Below are positions 51,335-64,000 of a stretch of 64,000 nt of DNA, one piece after another. The notes beneath the pieces are model-generated. The model searched no databases and was not told where the DNA came from. It saw nothing but the letters and a program-made list of their open reading frames with translations. The DNA comes from Penicillus capitatus. Lineage: Eukaryota > Plantae > Chlorophyta. Where the stretch lies: assembly GCA_965649825.1 (NCBI GenBank), contig OZ287694.1, positions 1,239,197 through 1,303,196 of the forward strand. Reading direction: 5' to 3'. A program made the position numbers and the translations under genes. Every line of letters begins with the position of its first letter. Within the stretch, counting starts at the first letter, position 1.

Positions 51335-52273
51335 CGATCTGTTTTTCGATTATATCGATTCGAAACGCAAAGGGCACTGTTTGAGATGTGCTGTCATTTT
51401 GGGCAGTGGACGGACAGAGGTAAGACAGAAGAACACGCCAAGTCTTGTTTCGGGCGAAGGACGCAGGCTTCGTGGTCCACACGCACGACATCGGCTCTGT
51501 GCCGTTTGGCTAGGACATCATCCAGGTGCAGTCAACTGGCCTCGTAAAAGACTTTCAGTGTTCCTTGTGCTTCGCATCACTTCCGTGGAAATCTGTCGTA
51601 GGGTTGTTACGCATACAGCTGTCTCCTAGACAAAAGGCTGTGGAAACAAAAGATAAAAGCAACGTCTCGGGTAGGCCTGGTTGTTGAATTTAAGAACGAG
51701 TGGCTGCTTCTAGCGTCTCGACGAGATGAAGTTGTTCGGATCGGAGAAATGAGACGGATTTCAGTTACGGGTGCCACAAAATGACCACAGTGAGGAGGAT
51801 GACCCTATGGGTCAGGGCAAGCAGAGAACGTAGGAACTGGTGAATGGATTTGAGATAGCTGTCTGGAATGAAGAGAATGTTTCGCTGCATTGCGTGTTGA
51901 GGTAGAGAGGGCGACGGTTCTTCAGGACAAGACGGCACGACGAGACGCCTGCTGCAAGCCTCTGGTAAAGGACGAGATCGATCAAAGGCGCAGAATTCGC
52001 TGTGATGTGACGTTTCAGGAGTGTGAAGAACATGTCCCTCTCAAAATGGCTTTGGCGACAATGCCCCGCCAAAAAGAAAGAACTAACGGAAGAAACGGAG
52101 ACTCTTGCTCCAGAACATAACGCATCCGACACTCCACCACAGGCACGAGACGCCGAGACATGTTTCCGTGCTTCCGCAAAGGGTGACGTGAACGAAAAAC
52201 CGACAAACGAAGAGGCGTCAGACGACAAGGCAAGGGCACCATTCAACCCCATCTCCAATGCCTTGTAACAAAT

Positions 52274-52802
52274 ATGGTGCAGTTTTTCGAAGAATTGACA
52301 AATCGTCTTCAAAGTCCAGAATTCTTAGAGAGACTCATTGCTATCGACTCGTCGTCCCTAGCCGTCATTTCGTCGACAGAGAAGGACACACTGGACGATG
52401 TAACAGACTGTCCTGCAGGGCGAAATGTTGGAGCTAGACATGTAGGATGTCGATGAGTTTGTGTGGGTCACGAAGGAAGATGCTTTGGAGAGTATGGCTG
52501 AAGTCATTGCTCAGTATGTTCTATCGTGTCCAGAAGCGCACAGCATGCGGCCTCATGAATTACAGGAAGCGATCGTCACTGGTTGCAAAGTGAGAGGTCA
52601 CTCTTTCGGCTTAAGTCTATATTGATCTTTGTAGGAATTGAAGAAAAGCAGAAGGAAGATGATGTGGGGATGGCTCATGTTCATCTACCGCACAGCATCG
52701 TTGGGTTACGTGGCTTTTGAACTCTATACCAATCAATGGCTTCTACGAGCCATCGTCGCAGCCCTGTTTTCGGCCCCGAGTCTTCTCGCAATGCTCCTAT
52801 GA
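52274..52802 (+). CDS. Conserved-looking uncharacterised protein (3' part; further 5' exons likely from ~51.7 kb)
   Basis: DEFVWVTKEDALESMAEVIAQYVLS...ELQEAI...RKMMWGW...LYTNQWLLRA resembles an uncharacterised plant/algal family. Boundaries are uncertain. Confidence 0.5.
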
Positions 52803-53059
52803 AATCAAAAGATCTGTAGAATATTGGCCTGTAAGAGCAGAGATCTCGTGGTCAATGGGACATCGGGTATGTTCACATATCTATTGCTTTTGCTGGATCG
52901 TCGCAGTACGTCTGGCATCCACCCCTCCGTATGCTCTGTAGTCGTACATTCCATGCGATTTGAACAGCCGACAATAGATCAGACTTATATGGTGCTCCCG
53001 TCTCTATTCCAGTTTTTCTAAAAGGATGGTCCCTCATAAAAGAGCGCCTGCGTCAAAAG

Positions 53060-53245
53060 CAGATTCTGCGATCAGTTGAATCAGTGCTGTCTGACGAAAC
53101 TACGATCAAAACAGTCGTGCTGTCTGAAAACGTTTCTCGGTCGAGATCGCATGCCGTCGAAATCAGATTCTGCGATCAGTTGAATCAGTGCTGTCTGACG
53201 AAACTACGATCAAAACAGTCGTGCTGTCTGAAAACGTTTCTCGGT
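53060..53245 (+). repeat. Two perfect 82-bp direct repeats (53060-53141, 53164-53245) with a 22-bp spacer
   Basis: Direct comparison. Each unit contains GTGCTGTCTGA twice. Confidence 0.95.
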
Positions 53246-53291
53246 TTCGCGATCAAACGATTCAGTGCCGTCCGAAATAGCACTTAATGGG

Positions 53292-53298
53292 TATATAA
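53292..53298 (+). promoter_or_regulatory. Putative TATA box
   Basis: TATATAA about 90 bp upstream of the ATG at 53388. Confidence 0.5.
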
Positions 53299-53387
53299 GG
53301 CCGAAAGAACTCCGGTGTTTTGTTCGTCGTGCGTTTGTCTTGTGTCGCTTGACTTTTCGGAAGCGTCATCCGTCGTAGATTCCTATC

Positions 53388-53758
53388 ATGAAGATCTTAG
53401 CGGTTTTCTTGACTGTCCTCGTCGTCATGGGAGTAAGCCACGCGACCTTCGAACACTAAATGCGTTGACTGTTGCTTCAGGGAGCCAGTGCTCAAGAGTG
53501 TAGACCAATCTACGACATGAGATTTGAATTTCCTATCCACTCAGAAAACGTCCCCGACTATATGGAATGCTGCTATCTGTGTTATGACGATGCAGGTGAG
53601 TTCCAACTGTCTTCGATTCTAGTCAATTCTTCGTTGCAGGGTGCGATATGTGGTCTTTTGATATCAGCACCTCATTGTGTGAATTCTCTGAGTTGGGTGA
53701 ACTCATTCCAGCTCCAGGCTGGATATCTGGCGAAATATACCTTGATGCCACTAAGTAG
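53388..53758 (+). CDS. Small secreted PAN/apple-like Cys-rich protein
   Basis: Three exons give MKILAVFLTVLVVMGGASAQECRPIYDMRFEFPIHSENVPDYMECCYLCYDDAGCDMWSFDISTSLCEFSELGELIPAPGWISGEIYLDATK*: a signal peptide plus a PAN-type ECC..C....C..WSF......C pattern. Confidence 0.72.
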
Positions 53759-55209
53759 ACAGCACTGCAATACATGAGCCCGTTGTCCGTTCATTTCTAC
53801 CTAGTTGTAGCTTGATACCCAAATGTCCAACCTGTTCAACTGTTGATGTAACGAGATAGATCATTGTAGATGAATTGCCAGGTGCCGATCACCTGGAAAC
53901 TCAAACGCGCAGAAGGGCGTTAAGAAACGATTGCTTTCGAGCGGCACAGACTCCGACAGCACGATCACAGCTCGACCTAGTCTCACAGAGTGTCTTTCCA
54001 ACTCTTCGTGATAGGTAGAGGAGATTGGTGTTTGAGTCTGTACGCAATGGAGGGATTTCAGCGCCCGAGAACACTGATGCGTTCTACGAGGTCCGTGGCC
54101 AAATTTTTGATCGTTCTCGTCCGACCGAGATGAAGACAGTGAACTCTCTCCGTCTTGCCGTTCGGCTAAGCTACTTTCGTCGAGTCACTCGATTTCTACG
54201 CAGTGTCTGTTGTGCATCTGATGGGCTATCTTGTCGTCTTGGGATGCGCGCCGATCGTGGCGAAGGACTGGATGGAAGAGAAAGTCATGCAGATTGGGAA
54301 TATGTAAAGGACAGATGTCGAGATTCCAGGAGGGATGAATAGAGCTCGTAGAAGTCCTCAAGCGGCTGTCTGTCCTGTTCCCGTACAAACACCTGCGAGG
54401 AGTAGGCCCATACCCTCGATGCGTCATCTGCCGACAGACAGAGGTGCTGTGCCATTCGTCCTTGTCTTGATGCAGTCAGTCTAAGGGTATCTTCTCTACG
54501 AAGTGCTTCCTTCTGTATGGGGCAACCGCCATTCCACAGCAAATTATGTTCTGCTCTAGAGCAAGACAGTGTCTCTATCCTGTGTTTGACAATTGAGTTC
54601 TTCTGGAGATTGGATGCGAAAGGGGTGCCCCTTTCTGGTTTTAGACCCATACGTGTTAGACAGGTTCTACTTGTAATTATTAGTCATCTGTTAGCAGTGG
54701 ATGTGCCTCATGGGTTCTAGGGAGTTCTAAGGCGAGAAATCTTTATGTGGCTTCTCTTCTCCTGACGAGACAGCACCAGTGACGCTTCGATAGTCCCCGG
54801 GTCAACGTGTTTAGTTTTCTCGAGGCCAACATGGTGCGTCCTGTGGTGCTGATGGACGTGAACATGAAGTTGACGGTTATTCGCAGCATGATTGTGCGTA
54901 TGCGATCCTAATGCCGTGCTGTGAAACTGAGAACGTTGAGCTTCTGCCGTATGCGGCCTAGAAACGAGGCAGACCAACTCGAGAACCTGGAAGCTATTCT
55001 TGAACCTATAAAGGAACAGACCATGCGCTTTGATGCAAGTCCAGTCGTGTGTTTCCCTACGTGCCCTCTGGAGTTTCTCGGCCGTTCAGTCCGACGAATT
55101 TGCCAAAGCTAGACGCTCCATTCTGAAGCGCATTTTCCGAAGGCCTAGTGTGGTGCCTCGAAGCGATACGCTGCAAGCGTCGTAGCGACTTTGCTGTCGA
55201 CAAGAACCT

Positions 55210-57194
55210 ATGGAGTCCAACTCACTAGCGATTGTTCGTTTCTTCAAACGAATAATCAAGGACGGCTATTCGTGGTTTTTGCCCAAAGAGGACTCCGATG
55301 GGCAGAAACCGGAGCTCTCCATTACCAAGGCTGCCTACAGTCTTGCAAGATTTGCCGAGCATGCTTATGACGTACCGGCCAAATTCAACCTAGAAAGCTT
55401 TTGCGATACTACAGAAAACGGCGGCAGTGTCCACTACTATACCTAGTAATATTGATGTCTTCGACCACAGCTGTGTGATTGGTATTTCTGTGTCTAGTGA
55501 AACGGCAGAGGCGGCATTCGAAGGTGTTCTGAAGATTCACATACAAAACGCTGTTAGTAGTAACCACAGGGTAAGGCTACGACCCGACGTGGCTTAAATG
55601 TCCAGAACTTCTTCTTTGAATGTAGAATTATCTCTGGGGATATCGTGACAATGACGATCTTTACGTCTCCTTCTCTATCGGCTCTTCCATGATCAAAAGC
55701 GAAACGAAGAAAAATCAGAAGAACCCTTCTTGGGATTCTACTCACATTCTGCCAATCAGGTACAACACGCATCATACCTCAGAATAGAGTGATGTTGGCG
55801 GCTTGCTACAGGAGAGAGTATCTGAAGAACGGTTTCGATGAGCTGCTGCATGTAAAGTTGTTTGATTACGAAAGAGGATGGCCGTGGCAGAACGATACGC
55901 AAGAACCGTTGGGTTCTGGAACGTTCAGCTTGCATGAGCTGAAAACAGAGGGAAAGCGACAGTCCCATCGCTTGAAGATACCTCTAGGCGCATTCTCCTC
56001 AAACTATGTGACCGTAAACTTCACTACTGAGTATTTCTCTATTAACGGTGCGCCGCCATCCCTGCAGATCGTACCAAATCTTCATTTTTCGCTGTCTTGT
56101 GTAAAAGATGCTTGGAACTGGCGGAAGCTTGGCGTAATCGGAGAGCAGAAACCGACAAGACTTCAAGATGGCGATGAACCTCCCTTTATCGAAACCGTCC
56201 CTTGGGCCAAAGAAAATGAGAAAGTCGACATGCAACCTATCGCTTACTTCAATATGACCTCGACGGACACACAGGTTAGATCCAGTAATAAACGATGCGA
56301 AGTTAGTGAGAGACTTCTAGGCATGGCTATGGAAAGACATCAATCCAGATAACAAAGTGTTGATCGTCTCGTTTCGTGGAACAGAGATCACGAAAATGGA
56401 GGACATACTTGCCAATTTCAGCATGTCGTCTTCGAAGCTTGGAGACATGGTCGGGGATCGCTACACAATCAAGCCCACGACGGCGCTCCAGACGGACGGC
56501 ATCCGAGCACACGAAGGGTATCTGAACTGCTATACATCCATCAGAGAAGATATTCTTCAACTCATTCACGACATTACCCGTTGGGATCCCAGTTGGAGTA
56601 TCACGGTGACGGGTCACTCTCTTGGAGGAGCTCTCTCGACACTCGCAGCTTTTGAGTTTGCGAATCGACGGTGATCTCGACTGTTCTTCCCAGCAACAGA
56701 ATGAGATGCTGTTTGTGTGTAGTATGAACGAAGCTAGACCTGATATCTCTCATATGACGTTCGGGGCGATGTGCGTTGGCAATGAGCGCTTCGTTCAGAT
56801 TTTTTCAGATACAGTTCCGAATTCCGTACGCGTCGTTAACCGTCAAGACGTTTTCCCTCTCCTTCTACAAATGTGTTATCATCACACTGGCGGAAAAGTG
56901 AGCATCAGAAGCGACGACGGATATTTTGTCGACCTCGAGGAGGAGCCAGACGTGTTCGCGAACAGCCAAAACGATGACGACGGTATCCTGGTAAGGTTTC
57001 TGTTAGAATCTCTGAGCCTGATCCATCCATAATCGCAGGATAACATCAGGGACGCGGTGTCGGATTTCACAGACTTCGTCATGCGTGTGCTTGGAAGAGA
57101 ACCGTTTACGGACGGGTTGTACCACCACCTGCCACAGACCTACATCCAAGTCGTTAAGAGAAGCGTGGAAAATTTACTCCATCACAGCGGTTAA
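55210..57194 (+). CDS. C2-domain class 3 lipase (HIL1-like); 5' boundary uncertain
   Basis: C2-like HVKLFDYE...LGSG, then DTQ|AWLW...IVSFRGTE, AHEGY, nucleophile elbow VTGHSLGGAL, RVVN.QD, terminal YHH. Confidence 0.8.
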
Positions 57195-59205
57195 GCTGTT
57201 CGACCTTGATTATGTGCAAATCGCGATCTCGGAACTGGTAACCTGTCATCGTTCCCTTCCTGACTGAATATCGTTCTATCTGTCCGGTTCACTTGCGTTT
57301 TATTTCCGAAGAAGCCGATACGTATTGTGCAACGCTTTCCTTATGCTTGAATATACGGCTTTGACATTCCTTGCCAGACATCCGTCTTGTGCTTTCGCAT
57401 TCCATGTTTACAAGTGGGAAGTGGGATCTGTCTGTTTTCTGAAAAGGACGAAAGTTTACTTATTTGGGCGCATCCCTGTCGTTAGAACAGGGAGCAGGCA
57501 GTATGTAATGTAGGACATGTGACGGTTGTTGCATCGTCCATTCTGTCTACTTGCACATGTCCCAGAGCGAACACCACACACGAATGGCGCAGTCTTATCG
57601 AATCGATGTGTAAGCTGAAACCAGCATCGAGGTGAGTGTTGATTCGAGTGCTGAGCGATCGGACAGGCACTTGGCGCTGTACAACACAGGCCAAAAACGT
57701 CAGCAAACCGAAAGACGTTACGCTTTTTTCGTCAGAACGTCAGGCGACGCGTTGCGACTCAATTCCGCACGTGAGTGACCGCACCCTTTAAACCTCGACC
57801 TCTTCTAAGAATTTCTATTTTATATGCCACGTGTCCATCTTGTTTGCGTTTTTCACAGCGTTAGTTACACACAGGAAACAGGTTTTGTGCCACTCTCAGG
57901 CGACCTCACGATTTCACACTCTCGCTTCAAGGCGACGTCATGATTTAGTCCCGTCGCTTCTTGTCGATACTGCGCTTTGACACTTCTATTGCGCTGCTAG
58001 TCCAAATTCCGTGCCATCGCCTGACTGCGACGCTGCGTGCGTTTTACGGCACTAACCGAAAGTGCGGAAACATGCATGCGTCATGTGTTCGACAAATGCG
58101 CACGTAACGTACCTCCTGTCGTAACAGTAATCAAACTGTCTCCTTCTTAGGCTCTATTCAGATCACACGCTTTGTCATGCGCCAGGGACGATATCTCGGA
58201 TGAGGAGTTCTGTTTGGAAGGTGTGTCCGTGCTGCTGAAGATCGGTATCTGGACCTGTAGAGAGAAGAGTACTAAGAATAAATAGCTACAATTTCCACAG
58301 CAAGGATCCGCATCGAAGTGCCAAAACTATACATCCCGTGGCTCCGGTCGTCACTGTAAGGCTGTGTCGGACATAAAAATGGTGCTCTTGGTGATCCGAA
58401 TGTATTAACTGACGGGTAGAATCTGCGTAGCACTCCTCTGGCATACACAAAGGAGAGATGCATTAACGTCGGTTCGCAGATAGAGACACGTCGACTACAA
58501 ATACTTCCTCCATGTGCCGGACTGAGTGGAGGGATAGTCCATTCACGAAGTGCACGACCTCTTCCTAAATAGCGTCCGATGTTTTGGACGACGATAGCAG
58601 CAGCGCGACCTTCAACAGACTTATCGGACGTCGGCTGGTACCCCGCAATGCCTCAAACGGACGACGCGTGCGATGATGGGACAGGTACGGCGTGAATACG
58701 GTGCGCATCCGAAGCGAATGTCCGCGCATGTACGCACCATTCTTGTGCGGAAGAGCTTCTCGTGATGGATGACGAATGGCGAATTAGGATGAGAAGGCGA
58801 GAAGTTCTATGGAACTACAGCAACCACAACTCGTACTTATTCTGGGAAAGTTCTTGCTTGAAGAGTGTGCTTGCATAAGACTGTTCGGCGAGAAGTACGA
58901 CGAAGGTGTTTAGCTTTGACGGCGAGCCGACGGCTCTGTGTTTTCACTGTTGCACGACCGACAGTGAACGTCTGTTGATACAGTGCCACTTTTGCTCTTC
59001 GTAGACCCCCTTGTCTATCAGACGACAATGAGTTCGAGCAGTCGAACATCCAGAAGAAGAGAGAGTTCACTGTACCGCCCACTCACAGGTCCTAACGCGC
59101 GACCGACTCTGAAACGCATCCTCATTCTGTTGTTGTTTCAGAGGAGACTGATGACATTCAACCTAATATTACATTCGGTGCAAATGAACGGATCTCTGTC
59201 CGATC

Positions 59206-61358
59206 GTGGTCCGAGGAGGCAACGAACGCGTGAGATACAGAAGCCGTGACACAAGTGTTAGTATCTATGTGTGCAGGCTGACCTCTAAGCATGGGTACGA
59301 GGTGATCAATTTCAGGACAGACGAAGGAATCAATCTTCTCTGTGACGCTATCCTGAACTGCTATTTCGACTGCGCAGAGATTCTGCTGGAATTCGAAAGA
59401 AAGCACAAACTGTTCGTCATGATCAACACTGGAGAGTGTGTCACCTTAGACCATGGGACAGCACAAGACTCTGTCGTCGTCGCAAAGTTCGTTCTCGACC
59501 GCGTTGCGGCCAAACAGTTTACAGTGGACGAATCCTGCAACATTCTGACGAACTACTTGCTCCCACTGACACAGACATTCCCCAATCTCATGCTCGATTA
59601 CTTGAAAAGAGACGCCTTCTCTTTCGAGTATGGCAGAGTGATGGTGCCTGCTACTCTGTTCGACGATCCTGAAGGTCTGGTCGGAATGACAACGGACGAA
59701 AAACTAACAGACTGGACGTCGCTGGACAGTGCAGCAGTGAAGGAGTTCTGGTCAAAGAACTGTGGAGAACATCGAACGGCGTTTGATGAGACGTCGAGTG
59801 TTCAGGTCGAAGCCGTTGCCAAGTTCCTCTGTGTCAATCAGCACTCTGTCCGTCAAAGCTGGTCTGATGACACTGTTGGTCTGAATGAGCGCCGTGACCG
59901 ATCTCGTCTCCTTGGCTTCCCTTCAAATCGACGAGGTATTCCGATGAGAGTCGTCAACTCCGAAGTTCTGCAAGCCTTCGCCGACTGGGTGTTCGGCCCA
60001 TTCCGCGGGCGCTTCGGATTGTTCATCATATCAGAGGTCCTTGCCGGGGTGCTCCTTTTCGGTATTGCTTGGAGTCCCAAAGCATTGCAAGACGAAGAAG
60101 ACCCATCGCACTCAGCGAGGATGTTTGCCACGAGCTATTTGTTCTCTATCTCGACTTTTCTAATACGTGAACTCATCATTGGACGCGCCCGTTTCTTGTA
60201 AGACAATACACCACAAGAGAAAGCATGAATAATACTTGGAGTGCTGAATGTTTAGCGTTCCAACCGGTGCAATTCTGTTGTATCGCATGGCAGATTTTGT
60301 GAGACTGAAAGACTTCACGGGATTCTTCGCCATCGTGGGGTCTTTCCAGTCCATCCTTTGGTCTCTTGAAGTGAGCATCATTGCACGCCGTGTCACTTGA
60401 TCTGCACGAAATGTTCGTGTGTTTTATTTGTAGGGGATGAGATTGATTCTGTACCGTGGACTTCATGGACCATTCGTGCCAATGCTCAATCGTTTGTTCT
60501 ATTTCGTCGCAATCGTTGTCAGTTTTTGCACTGCTGCACCTCTTGGATTTTCCTTATCAGTCGTGTTGTTTTTCGTCCTAGACCTCTTCGGTTATTGCAT
60601 TGTCGCAATCATTGGACTTTCGATGGGCATCGAGGTCGGCAGCTTTCATGATCACCGCAAATCGAAAGATGGCTGCGACTGCGAATACCCTTTTTATTCT
60701 TGCTCTGGGGGCTCGGGAGAATTGTCCCGCTTGTTTTTCGGGGATAATGAATATTTGGCACACTTCTGTTTGTTCGATAACATATGGCTTACAATGAAGG
60801 AAATCAGCTCGACGGCAGGGTGGGTTAGCGCATGGAAAGTGTTTGCCTATAATTTCCTTGTGTTTCTCGGCGCAGTTCTTTTGATTAACCTTTGGATTAT
60901 CATTCTGGTTGATACCAGATATCGTTCCGAACTCATGAAGACGGCTAGGGCGGCCAGGCATCGGGCCGTTATAGCAGGAGATGTTGTGTCTTCCATCATT
61001 CATCGCAACATCACGTCAGAAGACGAGCACCGGTTAGCATCGCCAAATGCCTCCGCTGTGTGTGTTCACATCGTTTCTTTTGGACAGTGGCTGCTTTGGA
61101 TGGAGAGCAATCTTCAGACGGATGTCATCGATAGCACCATTCTTCAGATCCTGTCTTTACAGAAACAAGATCCGTCAGCGAGCCGGTGGCAAGTACTTTC
61201 ACTACTTGGTCCCTGTCGAAAGAACAGGAAGAGAGCAAAGCGATTTGTGGGAGGAAAACATCCGTGAGATCGAAAAGAGCCTCAAGAGAGAACTGAAAAA
61301 GGAGACCCAGGCCGCTAGTCGACGCACACAAGCCTCAGTGGACAGTTTAGCAGCCTAA
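59206..61358 (+). CDS. TRP-like cation channel (ankyrin-like region plus transmembrane domain); further 5' exons likely back to ~58.2 kb
   Basis: Ankyrin-like LLCDAILNCYFDCAEILLE, multiple TM segments, S6-like AVLLINLWIIILVDT, coiled-coil tail. Confidence 0.6.
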
Positions 61359-62161
61359 CAACGCCGCAATGAAAGACAAAAACAACAAATGCAAACAAAA
61401 ATCGCAAACGCTTTCTTGCATTCTACAGAAGATTGATCGGGGCCAAACACGAGGGTGCTGTGTTATTTGATGCCCTCGAAAACACATAAACCATGTTTAA
61501 GATTCTGTTCTTTGCTGGGGGTTTGACTTGTTTTTTGATGACCTTGAGGTCTGCAGATTCCTTTTGTAAATATTCTTTCCAGTGACAGACTCTAAGTCTG
61601 TCAGATCTTTCTTATACAATTATCCTTATCTTCGATTTCTCAACGGAGAATCGTCTGCACGGCAGATGATGCGAATAACATCAGATGCGGCAGAATCGAA
61701 GACTGTTTTGCATCCGTTGGTGTCTGTTCGGCCAAAGGATAAGAGACAGAAGACGTAACCCACTGGCGATCGAAGGAGTCTTACTGGCTGCTTCTCATGT
61801 AATCGATTGTTCGCCTGTTCTAGTTTAGCTAGTAGCCCTTATCTATTCGATCACTCTGCTGCCTCGTTACGATGCCGCTGGCAACCGGCCGCGATTCTGT
61901 ACCGTCACCGTTTTCTATTCGGCAACATCATGCTACTCCTCCGAATCATCCGTCGTTTCTTGGCTTTCATTATCACTGTATCCTTCATGAATCTTCGCAA
62001 TATCGCAGGGACGATCATCAACGGGGCCTGAATGTTCCTTACACAGGAGTACTGTCGCACTCTACAATCATCAAAAAACAATAAAGAATCTGAAAGGGCT
62101 GCCAATGGATCGAAGCCAATCAACGACGTCCGAGCATTCGGTGAGTGATCTATATCGTCTC

Positions 62162-62977
62162 TCATTCCTCTTCTGCCTGCAGAGAGGCAAGAACGAATCC
62201 ACCGGCGAAGAACACCAGAAATCCAGTTCCCAGAAATCCAGCCACTCCGTACCGGAGAATGGCTTCGACGAGGTTGTCTCCGGGAATGAAGACCAAAGCG
62301 CCGATCGTCGCCACCAGAAACGGAACGGACAGCGACGTGACTGTGCCTGGATTCGTCGTCAGTGCGTCCTCGGCGACGGACAGGATTCCCAATTCCTCGG
62401 CAGTCGACAGCAGACCCAACTCTTCGATCTTCCCCAACGTCAGCCCCGCCTGTCACACATCTCTCGCACATGATCATCCTTCGATCACTCTTCTCTCACC
62501 TTCTCTGCAGCCGAGAGCAAACCGGCAGACTCGACGGAACTCAGAACCTTCTTTCGCTCCAGTCTGGGGAACGCGGTGCGGCAGAGATTCGATGGGAATG
62601 CAGATCGAGGTACTTTTCGAAGACATTGACGTTCGTGTTCTCCTGGTCTTCCGAAAACATTCCGTATCCGAAGAACCTCTGCACCACACGCGCGCACATG
62701 AGTCAGTCCCATATGGAGGCACTGCCAACGACCTTCGTCCAATCCTTCTCCAGTGTATTGAGCTGCATGCACGACGTCGCATCACTAGACACAGAATACG
62801 ACGAGAACGGATCTCTCACCTTCTTGGGAACGGCGTTCAATCGCGTCGACGGCGTTGCGCCTCTTCGCTGTTTGGAAGCGTCCTTGACGCTGAGACTGAG
62901 TCCCTTCTGCACGCTGGACGCCGACTGGAGCCACGAGACAGATCTCTCATGTCGGAGAACATTCGACGACGCACCAT
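62162..62977 (-). CDS. DUF1118-family chloroplast membrane protein
   Basis: Spliced PKK|LNTLEKDWTK|RFFGYGMF...NVNVFEK|LERKKVLSSVESAGLLSAAEK|AGLTLGKIEELGLLSTAEELG matches the DUF1118 pattern as I recall it. The start codon is inferred. Confidence 0.75.
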
Positions 62978-63075
62978 CGCTCGTAAGGCGAGAGAGGAGA
63001 CGTTGTGGTCTGGCCGCGAGCAAGGCAAAGATGAAGAGATCTGTCCGATCGTCGTCATCCATTAAGACGTCCGTC

Positions 63076-64000
<925 letters not shown>

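Noticed and set aside
53060-53245. CRISPR-like repeat-spacer pattern
   Set aside because: Only two units, 82 bp is too long for a CRISPR repeat, the context is eukaryotic and there are no cas genes.
58272-58463. Minus-strand ORF containing TFGSPR, a class 3 lipase-like motif
   Set aside because: A single short motif without GxSxG or other support. The plus strand here more likely holds 5' exons of the TRP-like gene.
61583-61603. Perfect inverted repeat TGACAGACT-CTA-AGTCTGTCA
   Set aside because: An isolated 9-bp stem without TSD, second copy or other element features.

Overview
Very compact eukaryotic nuclear DNA, read in the standard genetic code. About 33 protein genes are split by ~45-60 nt spliceosomal introns, and there is one tRNA-Gln(UUG). 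TGTAA lies just after several stop codons, and several genes encode plastid-targeted proteins (RsmI, PRDA1-like, PPDK, RPS16, Deg, DUF1118). Together these point to a chlorophyte green alga; the lineage is an inference. Positions 1-40.5 kb, 47.9-51.3 kb and 62.1-64 kb are mostly housekeeping genes. Positions 40.5-47.8 kb and 52-62 kb are accessory-like and carry unknown membrane or secreted proteins, a C2-lipase and a TRP-like channel. The top finding is a pair of paralogues (15562-16814 + and 36829-38154 -). When spliced by hand, each fuses an intact DCTPP1/MazG-type dCTP pyrophosphatase to a homeodomain that aligns without gaps to the plant ZF-HD class, with no zinc finger. The two copies share a 162-bp near-identical tract, and one has lost a conserved active-site Tyr. 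Other leads are: at least 8 GC-AG introns, a strand-symmetric intronic motif, a structured A-box/B-box island near 41.6-41.9 kb, two paralogous unknown type I membrane proteins, and a CDK with a SPCVLRE helix. All gene models were spliced manually without tools, so exon boundaries, start codons and family assignments need computational confirmation.
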